Position numbers and translations under genes: made by a program. The notes beneath the pieces are model-generated. The model was not told the DNA's origin. It did no database searches and was given only the letters and a program-made list of their open reading frames with translations. Below are positions 9,537 to 20,177 of a DNA stretch of 64,000 nt, piece after piece (positions within the stretch are counted from its first letter, which is position 1; each line of letters starts with the position of its first letter). The stretch is from Candidatus Altimarinota bacterium. GTDB lineage: Bacteria; Patescibacteriota; Gracilibacteria; 1-14-2-50-48-13. The DNA lies in assembly GCA_046314355.1 (NCBI GenBank), contig JBKBWQ010000001.1:64001-128000 (forward strand), given 5' to 3'.

Positions 9537-11471
9537 CTATTGTATATAGTCTACCCATTTTCCAGCTACTTCCTTAAGTCCGAGATCATTGACTAGTCTC
9601 GTTTCTTCAGCATTCTGTCTATAGAGATTCGCTGATTTTTCTGAGAGAAGTTTTTCAAAGAAAAGCTTATAAAGGTTTGGCCCTGGAAGGAATCCTGTTT
9701 CCTGAGACATATATTGTTTAAACTGAAGTGCAAATGTTTCAGAAAGGGTATTATTTTCTTCATATTGAGGTATCGCGTAGTATACAGGAATATCTTTTAT
9801 TCCCTTAAGGAGAGCAATATTCTCTTTTATTGATACAAAGATCTTTCTCATCTCATCAAGATTACTCTTTGCATTCTCAGGAAGAGTACTCGCACTCACC
9901 TGAATTAGAATACCTGTAGGCATCAGCTGAGCATAACGGTCTTTGAGACCAGTCTTAGCTCCTCCGATGTATTGAGCAAATTTATCAAGGGTAAGAGAGA
10001 GCGGCATACCTTCATTGAGTATAAATACGGGGTATCCTTTTTTCTGAGTAAGTTCTGCTGTTAGACTTGATGTCATACCATATAAGAGCCGAGTCTGATC
10101 TTTACATGCAGTCTTAAGAAAAGCTGCGGTCTCACATTCCTTGGTAGGCTGTGCTTTGCCTCTTCCCTGAAGCTTATCTGCTCCGATCTCGTCGCTCCAT
10201 GCTTCACCATCATATCCAGTGAGTGTGCCATCTCCTAAGGCAATATAGATGTCTCCGATGCCGATAGTTCCTACTTTACTTCTTTTTACAATTTCCTGTG
10301 TTGTATTATCCGCATCAGTACTTTCAAGTATAAGTCTTGATATAAGTGTATATTCACCCTTAGGCAATTTTGAGAAATAGCCATACCATGTTGTTTTTGT
10401 ACTTTTGACTGGAGTGAGTACTTTCTGTGATTCAGTAGTAGCTACGATGCTTCCTTCTTTATTATAGAGAGTAAACTGTGTATAGTATTTCTTTTCCTGA
10501 AGGAGAGCACCGCTTGCGTTGACTACTCCTTGAGGTAGGATACTTTCCGCTTTGATCTGGAGAGTAGGCTCTGTTTGAATATAAGGAACAGATAGTTTTT
10601 CAACTGTTGATTTTCCCTGAGAAGAAGTTGTATATGAAATCTCACGCATAGCTTTACCAGGCGTCTTTACATCTATGGCAGGAGAAAGAATCTTAAAAAG
10701 TGGATCTGTATTATTTTCCTCTGAATAAATCTCCAAAGGATCAGCCTTCTTTTCAAAGGTATCCTGGATTGCAGCTGCAGGGTACATTTCACTAGTACCT
10801 CCAATACTCATACATCCTGGGATCGCAAGGATATTGTAGCTTCCGGCTGGAAGGTTTACAAGAGAGAGGGAGCCGTCTAGAAATAGATCTTTTGTGACCT
10901 CACTCGTACTGCCAAAAGGGCTGCTGTGTACAATATAATGCATAGGCACAGCTGCTGGAGAGGACTGAATATAGTATTGGACAAGTAGTTCTCTCTGAGC
11001 CGCAGGTGTCATAAGAGCTCCGCTTGAAGAAAGGACTGAAGGGGAGATAGGACATGCTCTATCCGCAAAATCTTTTAAAAAGAGCGGGGCATTGACTTTC
11101 GCTTTTACATTTAGAAGATCCTGGTACGTATTTACCTGTGAAAGACCTAGAGATATATATGTATTGCTGCTGGTAATCATTTGTCCTTCCTGAGGTGCAG
11201 AGGAATTCATCTTCACGGTCTCGGCGAGAAGACTAATGCGGTCCTCAAACATCTTCATAAGAGGTTCCATATGTTTCATAAAGCTATCTGAAAGCTCAAG
11301 AGCACCAGTCTCTTCCTGAGCACTGGAGTGAATACTTCCTGTAGAAGTCTTTTGTACGAGACTTGAAGCTCCGCTATTTTGATTGATGTTCCATGTGGCA
11401 AATGCAAGGATAGAAAAGAGTATCGCAAGCGATCCGACAAGGAGCAGGAATTTTTTGTTTGAGAATTTCAT
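9537..11471 (-). CDS. Large exported/membrane-anchored protein with degenerate C-terminal SGNH-like domain
   Basis: 644 aa; N-terminal hydrophobic helix; IYIALGDGTLTGY / ILNEG / VNDLG resemble SGNH blocks without the catalytic residues. Confidence 0.7.
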   Translation of the reverse strand: MKFSNKKFLLLVGSLAILFSILAFATWNINQNSGASSLVQKTSTGSIHSSAQEETGALELSDSFMKHMEPLMKMFEDRISLLAETVKMNSSAPQEGQMITSSNTYISLGLSQVNTYQDLLNVKAKVNAPLFLKDFADRACPISPSVLSSSGALMTPAAQRELLVQYYIQSSPAAVPMHYIVHSSPFGSTSEVTKDLFLDGSLSLVNLPAGSYNILAIPGCMSIGGTSEMYPAAAIQDTFEKKADPLEIYSEENNTDPLFKILSPAIDVKTPGKAMREISYTTSSQGKSTVEKLSVPYIQTEPTLQIKAESILPQGVVNASGALLQEKKYYTQFTLYNKEGSIVATTESQKVLTPVKSTKTTWYGYFSKLPKGEYTLISRLILESTDADNTTQEIVKRSKVGTIGIGDIYIALGDGTLTGYDGEAWSDEIGADKLQGRGKAQPTKECETAAFLKTACKDQTRLLYGMTSSLTAELTQKKGYPVFILNEGMPLSLTLDKFAQYIGGAKTGLKDRYAQLMPTGILIQVSASTLPENAKSNLDEMRKIFVSIKENIALLKGIKDIPVYYAIPQYEENNTLSETFALQFKQYMSQETGFLPGPNLYKLFFEKLLSEKSANLYRQNAEETRLVNDLGLKEVAGKWVDYIQ

Positions 11472-11549
11472 ATGTGTTTTTACGAATCAAATTGAAGGTA
11501 TCGAGTAAGTATAACATAGAAGGGGGAAAATGAAAAGGAGGGGGGAAGG

Positions 11550-11720
11550 AAGTAATTGAGTAAGAAGGGGAATTAGGTAAGAAAGTAATTGGGGCTCGTT
11601 ATTGGGCTCTTATCATTGGACGCAATAATTGAGCTCAATTATTCGAGCCTAATTATGTGCCCCAATTATTGAGCCCAATAATTTTCGCCCAGTTATTGAG
11701 TCTATTTCCCGAGCCTCTCA
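11550..11720. repeat. Degenerate ~13-14 bp tandem/palindromic intergenic repeat array
   Basis: Units such as ATTGGGGCTCGTT, ATTGGGCTCTT, ATTGAGCTCAATT, ATTCGAGCCTAATT, ATTGAGCCCAATA around perfect 20-bp palindrome AATAATTGAGCTCAATTATT (11624-11643). Confidence 0.8.
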
Positions 11721-11775
11721 TTGACTTCTTCTCATATTTTTAGTATATATACACTACGTTCATATAAGTTCCCTC

Positions 11776-12594
11776 ATGGAATCCCAAATTCAGTTAAAAA
11801 CTATACTATTTTATATTGCAGTAGGCATCCTTGCTCTGTCTTTCATAGGGCTTGCTGTATATATCAATAATTCTCTTGTCGCGCGTCCTGATACAGGAAA
11901 TAGTGCTATTCAGGCTGTATTTTTAGATGTACCTACTGATGCACCTTATGCCAAAGCGGTGTTCGAGCTTAAAAAACAGGGAATATTACAGGGATATCCT
12001 GATAATACGTTTCGTCCTGAAAAAATTGCTTCCCGTGTAGAGGCACTTAAAATGCTTCTTGAATCCTCAGCTCTTGAGAGAAGTGATGTCATTCCATCTT
12101 ATGAAAGGTATATGGAAAACGAAAAAGTTGGAGATTTCATTGTCTTTAATGATATTCCTAAAGACTCATGGTTTGCTCCATATATTCTAAAAGCTTCCCG
12201 TCTCAATATGATCTCAGGAAATCCGGATGGTGCATTCGTAGCTACGAAGCCGGTAAACTATTCTGAGTTTCTGAAAATGATGCTTCTCTTGGAGAGAGAT
12301 AGTATTTCTGAAGATGAGGGAAAGACATCTCCATTCCCAGGAGTAGATCCAAATCAATGGTACACCCCTTACTTCGCAAGAGCAAAGGCTTTAAAGCTGC
12401 TCCCTATTGATGGAGAGACAGAAATGAATCCTTCTGAAGAACTCTCACGAGGAAAAATTGCAATGCTTCTCTACACTGCACGAGTTCTCCGTACAAAATC
12501 CAGTGAAAATATGAACGGCGGAAAAAATATGCAGGAACTAGATAGAATGAGAACGTATCTGGAAGATCCTACTGCAAGCGGAAGCACATTGTAA
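11776..12594 (+). CDS. S-layer homology (SLH) domain protein
   Basis: N-terminal TM; FLDVP..GILQGYPDNTFRP..SRVEALKM; FNDIP..WFAPY; FPGVDPNQWYTPY. Confidence 0.9.
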   Translation: MESQIQLKTILFYIAVGILALSFIGLAVYINNSLVARPDTGNSAIQAVFLDVPTDAPYAKAVFELKKQGILQGYPDNTFRPEKIASRVEALKMLLESSALERSDVIPSYERYMENEKVGDFIVFNDIPKDSWFAPYILKASRLNMISGNPDGAFVATKPVNYSEFLKMMLLLERDSISEDEGKTSPFPGVDPNQWYTPYFARAKALKLLPIDGETEMNPSEELSRGKIAMLLYTARVLRTKSSENMNGGKNMQELDRMRTYLEDPTASGSTL

Positions 12595-12613
12595 CATGGA
12601 CCTTCCGAGCCTA

Positions 12614-12642
12614 TCCCCCTGACAAGGGGGACCTAGGGGGTT
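12614..12642. repeat. REP-like GC hairpin (CCCCCT-GACA-AGGGGG plus extra G-run)
   Basis: TCCCCCTGACAAGGGGGACCTAGGGGGTT between convergent genes. Confidence 0.55.
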
Positions 12643-12673
12643 TGAGCCCAGATCTAAGTTTAGGCTCTCAGCT

Positions 12674-13036
12674 CTAAGCCCAGCCTCTTTCCTTGAGTGC
12701 TGGATGGTCAAGTCCCAAATAATGTCCAATCTCATGCATGAGTGTTTTTGTGATCTGTTCCATCACATGATTTCCATGCAGTCCAAATTGTTCTATGATG
12801 GGACGTGCATACACTACAATATCTGGAGGAGTAAGATTGCTTCCGTCAGAGGCAGCAAGTGAGACCCCAAAAAAATCTCCATATCTATCATGTTCTGGTG
12901 AATCCCAAAGTACTCTGATATGTGTTCGTTTAATCATATCTCTAAAAGCAGGAGATTCTTTTTCGAGGATCTCTTCAAAGGCTGTATCTACAAGTGTTTC
13001 TATGTGAGCGAGTTCAGTTTGCTGATGTTCAGTCAT
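12674..13036 (-). CDS. Zincin-like metallopeptidase family protein
   Basis: PPDIVVY..PI and TLMHEIGHYLG (HExxH). Confidence 0.88.
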   Translation of the reverse strand: MTEHQQTELAHIETLVDTAFEEILEKESPAFRDMIKRTHIRVLWDSPEHDRYGDFFGVSLAASDGSNLTPPDIVVYARPIIEQFGLHGNHVMEQITKTLMHEIGHYLGLDHPALKERGWA

Positions 13037-13096
13037 AGGATAGGTGTATGGAAAAAATGTACAATATTATTTTACACTATAATGCTGTAGTTTTAC

Positions 13097-13127
13097 AAAA
13101 AACTCACCTTGGTTTGGTGAGTTTTTT
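13097..13127 (-). terminator. Intrinsic terminator of atp operon
   Basis: AAAAAACTCACC / GGTGAGTTTTTT inverted repeat just past the atpC stop. Confidence 0.85.
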
Positions 13128-13129
13128 CT

Positions 13130-13540
13130 TTATTCCTTTATATCCTGCATCTGCTTCACAAGCATAATCCTTTCTTCCTCCATGAACTTCAGCTGAGATT
13201 TAGAGAGATCATCTCCTCTTCGGAGAGCTTCTTCCACATAAGCTAAATATGCTGCAGCTGAAACATGGGAGATCTCTTCAATTGGTTCGCAGGCAATAAG
13301 GAGCACTTCACAATTATTTGTAGTATTTGTGAAGGTAACTAATCCTCGTCTTCCAATATATTCATCTGATCTATCCTGATTTTTTACGAAAATACGCGTA
13401 TAGGCAACTGAACCTAGAAAATCAGCATGATGTCCCAGAATAGTAATCTGACCCGTCTCTGTTTTTAGACTGATGCTTTCTGCATTTCCTTCAAATACAG
13501 TTTTATCAGGAGTCTTTATAGTAAGTGTAAATTGTGACAT
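13130..13540 (-). CDS. atpC: ATP synthase F1 epsilon subunit
   Basis: LTIKTPDKTVFEG, GQITILGHHA; position after atpD. Confidence 0.9.
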   Translation of the reverse strand: MSQFTLTIKTPDKTVFEGNAESISLKTETGQITILGHHADFLGSVAYTRIFVKNQDRSDEYIGRRGLVTFTNTTNNCEVLLIACEPIEEISHVSAAAYLAYVEEALRRGDDLSKSQLKFMEEERIMLVKQMQDIKE

Positions 13541-13549
13541 TGAAAATTA

Positions 13550-14959
<1,410 letters not shown>

Positions 14960-15853
14960 TTAAGATGCAATAGCTTCTCCAGCTGCTACAATCTCCGCAA
15001 TCTGCTGGGTAATTGCCTGTTGTCTGGTTTTATTATAAACAAGTGTAAGTTCTCCTACTTTCTTTTCAGCGGCTTCAGTAGCGCTCTGCATTGCTACCAT
15101 TCGACTTGAGTACTCAGAAGCCTTTAGTTCAAAGAATGACTGAATGAACGCAGACTGAATGAGTTGCTCATAGAGTGTATCAAGTACAGATTCTTTAGAT
15201 GGTTCGTAAAGTACATCACGGTCAAGGATAATCTCGGGTTTTTGCTTACTTATCATATCTTTTTTAAAGGAAGATATCATCTCCTCTGAAAAAGGTAGAA
15301 ATGTCTTAAGTCTCGGATAGAACGTAAAAGAGTTGTGATAATGGGGAACTACAAAGAGAATTTCCTTTGTTTCTTCAGAGTTCCACAGATTTAACAGCTC
15401 ATCAACGATACCTAGGGCATCAAGCGTCGTCAGATCCTCTGAGAGTCCTACAAAACTTTTCTGTACACTTACTCCAATAGATCGTGCATATTCTGTAGCC
15501 TTTTTACCAATGGTAATCAGTATACGCTGTTCAGGCGGTAGCTCATTCCATTTATTGGACTGAAAAAGTGCTTTTTCAAGCTGAGTATTGAGCCCTCCGC
15601 AGAGACCTTTATCTGAGGTATAGAGCACAAAAACGCTTTTACCTTCCTCGCGGATCTCACTAAATATAGTGCTCGCTGAATTCTGCATGTTTTCTTCCAG
15701 CATATGTAGCAAAGAAAGTACATATGATCTTGTAGAAAGAGCTTTCCTTTGAAAATTACGCATCTTGCTTGCTGCTACCAGCTGCATAGCTTTTGTAATC
15801 TTCTTTGTGCTTTTTACACCCTCGATTTGTTTCTTTACTTCGAGTAGGGACAT
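14960..15853 (-). CDS. atpG: ATP synthase F1 gamma subunit
   Basis: KITKAMQLVAASK, TSDKGLCG, ASEYSSRM, RQQAITQQIAEI. Confidence 0.97.
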   Translation of the reverse strand: MSLLEVKKQIEGVKSTKKITKAMQLVAASKMRNFQRKALSTRSYVLSLLHMLEENMQNSASTIFSEIREEGKSVFVLYTSDKGLCGGLNTQLEKALFQSNKWNELPPEQRILITIGKKATEYARSIGVSVQKSFVGLSEDLTTLDALGIVDELLNLWNSEETKEILFVVPHYHNSFTFYPRLKTFLPFSEEMISSFKKDMISKQKPEIILDRDVLYEPSKESVLDTLYEQLIQSAFIQSFFELKASEYSSRMVAMQSATEAAEKKVGELTLVYNKTRQQAITQQIAEIVAAGEAIAS

Positions 15854-15858
15854 GAGTT

Positions 15859-17373
15859 TTAAGCGTTATGAAAAAATGATTCGAGAGCTTTTTTCAAAGC
15901 TGCCTTTATCTCGTCTGTATATTCTTTTTTAGTTTCCATCTCTTCGGTAAGTGCTTTATGTTCCATTTCCATATAGGAGAGCAGATCCTGTATCTTTCTA
16001 GTACAATCTTCAGGTGCAACTGCATCTAGATATCCATCTGTAGAAGCAAGTAGAATAGTAACTTCCTGCCACAATGCATATGGAGAATTCTGCTTCTGTT
16101 TCATCGCTTCCACTACTCGTCTTCCTCGTACAAGCTGAGACTTTGTAGATTCATCTAGTTCTGATGCAAACTGTGAGAATGCCTCTAGTTCATAATACTG
16201 CGCAAGGTTCAATTTTGCTGTACCTGCTACTTTTTTCATGATCTTTGTCTGAGCTGATCCACCTACTCGCGATACAGAGATACCTACATTGATCGCAGGT
16301 CTGATACCTTTGTAAAAGAGATCTGCCTCAAGAAATATCTGTCCGTCTGTAATAGAAATTACATTCGTCGGAATATATGCTGATACATCTCCAGCCTGAG
16401 TTTCAATGATTGGAAGGGCAGTTATACTACCTCCTCCATGCTCATCGTTCATCTTTGCAGCTCTCTCAAGGAGTCGGCTATGAAGATAAAATACATCTCC
16501 AGGATATGCTTCTCGACCCGGTGGTCTTCGAAGTAGGAGAGACATTTCTCTGTATGCAACTGCATGTTTTGAAAGATCATCAAAGACAACGAGTACATCT
16601 TTTCCCTGATCCATAAAGTATTCAGCAATGGCCATACCTGCAGCAGGAGCAAGATATTGAAGTACTGCAGAAGATGCAGCTGATGCAGAAACAATAGTCG
16701 TATATTCTAGTGCTCCCTTTGATTTGAGAGTCTCATAGACCTGGGCAGTCTTAGATTCTCTCTGGGCGATGGCAACATAAATACAGATCATATTCTGACC
16801 TTTCTGATTGAGAATTGTATCTATTGCTACAGCGGTTTTTCCTGTCTGTCGGTCACCAATGATAAGTTCTCTCTGACCTCGTCCCACTGGGATAAGTGAA
16901 TCAATGGCAAGTATTCCGGTCTGGACCGGCTGATGTACTGATTTTCGTGAGATTACTCCTGGTGCTATTTTTTCAATTGGCATACTAGTTTTTGCCATTG
17001 CAAGTTCTTTACCATCAAGAGCTTTACCTAATGGATTCACCACTCGACCTATAACTTTTTCATCTACAGGAATACTCAGTGTATGACCGTTTGAGGTAAT
17101 AAACATTCCTTCTTTAATCTCTGTACTATTCTGAAGAACTACAGCAAAGGCAGCATCTTTTTCAAGATTGAGCACAAGTGCCTGAATATCAGTACCTTCA
17201 ATGGTAACCACTTCATTCATCTGAAGGTCGTATAGGCCCTTGATGTGGATAACTCCGTCTTTGTAGGACTCTATGACGCCCTGTCTTTTTTTCTCGGTAT
17301 TCTGAGAAAGCGTATCATTATCAAGTGCCTCCGATATGGTTTCTAAAAATGTATGTAAGGATTTATGAACCAT
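15859..17373 (-). CDS. atpA: ATP synthase F1 alpha subunit
   Basis: [39 protein letters not shown]. Confidence 0.99.
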   Translation of the reverse strand: MVHKSLHTFLETISEALDNDTLSQNTEKKRQGVIESYKDGVIHIKGLYDLQMNEVVTIEGTDIQALVLNLEKDAAFAVVLQNSTEIKEGMFITSNGHTLSIPVDEKVIGRVVNPLGKALDGKELAMAKTSMPIEKIAPGVISRKSVHQPVQTGILAIDSLIPVGRGQRELIIGDRQTGKTAVAIDTILNQKGQNMICIYVAIAQRESKTAQVYETLKSKGALEYTTIVSASAASSAVLQYLAPAAGMAIAEYFMDQGKDVLVVFDDLSKHAVAYREMSLLLRRPPGREAYPGDVFYLHSRLLERAAKMNDEHGGGSITALPIIETQAGDVSAYIPTNVISITDGQIFLEADLFYKGIRPAINVGISVSRVGGSAQTKIMKKVAGTAKLNLAQYYELEAFSQFASELDESTKSQLVRGRRVVEAMKQKQNSPYALWQEVTILLASTDGYLDAVAPEDCTRKIQDLLSYMEMEHKALTEEMETKKEYTDEIKAALKKALESFFHNA

Positions 17374-17376
17374 AAC

Positions 17377-18009
17377 TTAAGCTTGTTTGTAAAGTAAGTG
17401 TGAAAGATTCATTACTCGTCCGTACCAAGAGTGATCTTCTGTGCGGCCGTCTACGAGTATACGCATTCCTCCGATGAGTTTTTTGTTCACTGCAAAGGTT
17501 GGAAAAGCATAGGTATACTTTGAGAGCATATTTTCCCGTATTTCGTGTTTATCTTTATATGTGAGATGTGTAGGTGTCTGTACGACAATATACGGTACTT
17601 TCGTATATATTCCTATAAATTTTGATACTGCCTGTGAGATTTCCTGTTCTGATCTGAGATGTATGATCTCTTTCACTGAAGCACTTATGGCGCTATCAGT
17701 TGTCGATTCCTTAAAATCATGTAATACAGAGGGGAGATCCTGCACAAGAAATGAGAAAAATGTTTTCAAAAGAGAATTCTGCTTACTATCTTCATTTGGA
17801 GAGAGTAGAGAATGTAGAAAGTTTTTTAAGTCATTCATAAAATCTTCTTCTGACACTGCGAGCAGATATGAGCTTAATGCAGGATAAAGACTAAAATCTT
17901 TTTCGAGCAAAGCTTTTTTCTCTTCAGCAGCAGCTGGAAAAAAATCAGGATTCTTCCTTAGAAAAAGACAGATATCTTTTATGACTGATTGTGCCAAGGC
18001 ATGTACCAT
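17377..18009 (-). CDS. atpH: ATP synthase delta subunit (divergent N-terminus)
   Basis: Position between atpF and atpA; C-terminal VNKKLIGGMRILVDGRTEDHSW OSCP motif; ATG at 18009. Confidence 0.8.
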   Translation of the reverse strand: MVHALAQSVIKDICLFLRKNPDFFPAAAEEKKALLEKDFSLYPALSSYLLAVSEEDFMNDLKNFLHSLLSPNEDSKQNSLLKTFFSFLVQDLPSVLHDFKESTTDSAISASVKEIIHLRSEQEISQAVSKFIGIYTKVPYIVVQTPTHLTYKDKHEIRENMLSKYTYAFPTFAVNKKLIGGMRILVDGRTEDHSWYGRVMNLSHLLYKQA

Positions 18010-18026
18010 TGTGTATAAAAGAATCT

Positions 18027-18524
18027 TTAAGATGTATACTCTTTCCAAGCGTCCTTCACACTACTCTCCACTACATCAGCAGGAACCTTGTTCTGCAGAA
18101 CGTAAAATATTACTTTCTGCATAGTTTTAATAGTTTCCTCTTCCGCAGCTTTAAGAATAGTATGTTTTTCCTCTTCTATCTGAGCTCTTGCTTCAGATAG
18201 AAGTCTTTCTCTTTCTGTTTCCATTTCAGCGAGAAGTGCATTGTGCTTCTCTGTAAAGGAAACCTGCACCTGTTCCGCCTGGATACGGATTTTTTCAGTT
18301 GCTTCTTCTTTTTCTCTTCTCATCTCTTCAAGTTTCTTTTGAAACTCAGATTTGAGTAGGTCGGCCTCATTAATGTTGCCGACTATCAAATTTTTTCTTT
18401 CATCAAGAAACTTTAAAAGAGGCTTGTATAAAAGCCAAGTAAGCAGTACCAACAGGACGCCTATATTGAGCAGATAAAGCCCAATACTGACAAAATCTAT
18501 TCCTAATTTGGAAAGTGCTTCCAT
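18027..18524 (-). CDS. atpF: ATP synthase Fo b subunit
   Basis: N-terminal TM, LYKPLLKFLDERK, long charged coiled coil. Confidence 0.93.
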   Translation of the reverse strand: MEALSKLGIDFVSIGLYLLNIGVLLVLLTWLLYKPLLKFLDERKNLIVGNINEADLLKSEFQKKLEEMRREKEEATEKIRIQAEQVQVSFTEKHNALLAEMETERERLLSEARAQIEEEKHTILKAAEEETIKTMQKVIFYVLQNKVPADVVESSVKDAWKEYTS

Positions 18525-18528
18525 TTAA

Positions 18529-18798
18529 TTATTTAACAAAGAAGATAATAAGTGACAGTACGAGAGCGAAAATTGCCGTAGACTCACAGAGAGCCATCGC
18601 AACAATCATTTTTGGAAAGATGCTGTCAGCAGCCTCAGGGTTTCGTCCCATAGCTTCCATAGCTTTTGATGCAATCCATCCTTCAGCGATAGCCGGTGCA
18701 ACTACACCTATTGAGATTGTCATTCCTGTTGTAACGATTCGAACTGCGTCAAGATTACTTGCGATACCTGCTACTGCACTTGTAGTTTCTACTACCAT
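18529..18798 (-). CDS. atpE: ATP synthase Fo c subunit
   Basis: Two hydrophobic helices, RNPE loop, conserved Glu in LCESTAIF. Confidence 0.97.
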   Translation of the reverse strand: MVVETTSAVAGIASNLDAVRIVTTGMTISIGVVAPAIAEGWIASKAMEAMGRNPEAADSIFPKMIVAMALCESTAIFALVLSLIIFFVK

Positions 18799-18836
18799 AG
18801 GATAATAAATTATGAGTAAATATATTTATAACTATC

Positions 18837-19640
18837 TTAATGACTTGAGTGATGTGCTGCCTGTACTGTCTGAGCCATAAATAATATGGATAAGAAGGTA
18901 AAGACAAATGCTTGTATGAGCCCTACAAATATTCCTAGAGCTAGGAACGGCATAGGAAGAATAAACCATGTGAACGGTGCCATGATGGATGCAATAACGG
19001 CTACCATCATTTCTCCCGCAAAAATGTTTCCAAATAAACGGGCAGAGAGGGATACTGGACGTGCAAATTCTCCAATAATTTCCATAATTCCTATAAAGAA
19101 ATTAATGAAGGCGTTCATGATATCTCCAAAGCTTCGCGCTTTCCAGAATCCTTCAACTCTGATAAAAGCACCGATATGTTTGATCGGATGAATCGTGAGA
19201 GCAATAATATGTGCTCCAACTACAGTGATAAGACCTAGTGCCAGAGTCTGACTCCAGTCTGACGTGGAGACTCTAAATAGTGGGAACGTATGTCCGTCAC
19301 TATTTACAAAGGTACTATTGATAAGCGGGATGATGAAGAAAAGATTTGCCATCAAAAGGTACAAAAAGTACGTCATGATAAGTGGCAGAAATTTTCTAGC
19401 TCGCTCCTCAGATCCATATGCATCCTTCAATGTCCCTAAGAAGAAGTTCACAAGCAACTCAAGCACAATCTGGATTCTGCTTGGGATAACTGCAAAGTTT
19501 CTTCTGATAATGAGAGCCACAATTACAAGCAACACAGTCACAGTAAAAGATGCCAACACGCTGTTAGTGATGTGCAAAAAACCAAAATCAAATACGATAT
19601 TTGAAGGCAGTTCAGGTCTGTGAAAGGGATTATTTGTCAT
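18837..19640 (-). CDS. atpB: ATP synthase Fo a subunit
   Basis: SLSARLFGNIFAGE, IQAFVFTFLS. Confidence 0.97.
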   Translation of the reverse strand: MTNNPFHRPELPSNIVFDFGFLHITNSVLASFTVTVLLVIVALIIRRNFAVIPSRIQIVLELLVNFFLGTLKDAYGSEERARKFLPLIMTYFLYLLMANLFFIIPLINSTFVNSDGHTFPLFRVSTSDWSQTLALGLITVVGAHIIALTIHPIKHIGAFIRVEGFWKARSFGDIMNAFINFFIGIMEIIGEFARPVSLSARLFGNIFAGEMMVAVIASIMAPFTWFILPMPFLALGIFVGLIQAFVFTFLSILFMAQTVQAAHHSSH

Positions 19641-19890
19641 TGCTGCGTGTCATGGATGTGAATGTGATGTAGACCATGTACATTGAGAGTACAAAAGCAA
19701 GAATTATACCAGTAGCTAACCCAAGAGGTGCTATCTTGAAGTGTTTATCCACGAGATATCCTCCACTAGCTAAAATAGCAAGCGGAATCAAGGTAAGCAA
19801 AATCACCCTGTAAGTTATCTCAAAATGATTTTGAAATATCAAGGCTGGTAGAGATCTTTTTTTTGGATCAGAATCAGTCGTGGGCATCAC
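19630..19890 (-). CDS. AtpZ/AtpI family protein (first gene of atp operon)
   Basis: Two TMs, GGYLVDKHFKIAPLG motif; overlaps atpB start; GTG 19890 or ATG 19887. Confidence 0.82.
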   Translation of the reverse strand: MMPTTDSDPKKRSLPALIFQNHFEITYRVILLTLIPLAILASGGYLVDKHFKIAPLGLATGIILAFVLSMYMVYITFTSMTRSNDK

Positions 19891-19948
19891 TATATGTTAT
19901 CTAGACCCTATTAAACTATAGAGGATCGATCTCTATTGGGTCATGGGA

Positions 19949-19977
19949 TTTGTAACGTGTTTTGGAGGAAAAAGCAA
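19949..19977 (-). promoter_or_regulatory. Candidate sigma70 promoter of atp operon
   Basis: Minus strand TTGCTT-17 bp-TACAAA, followed by a leader hairpin at 19904-19942. Confidence 0.4.
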
Positions 19978-20177
19978 GTGCTATAAATGAAATCTGTCCT
20001 GGCACTATTTTAAATATTATCAAAAAACCTATTGTGATGGCTTTAGCACTTCTGAAAAGCTTTTTTTGATTTATTTGATATTTATGGTGTGAAATTGCTT
20101 TACAAGAATAAAAATTTAGGTAGATTAACTACCTATCATTCAATTTGTCGAGATTGGAATGATGGGAGATTTTTGAA

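Noticed and set aside
11550-11720. Possible CRISPR array
   Set aside because: Units are short, degenerate and contiguous with no unique spacers; no cas genes in the window
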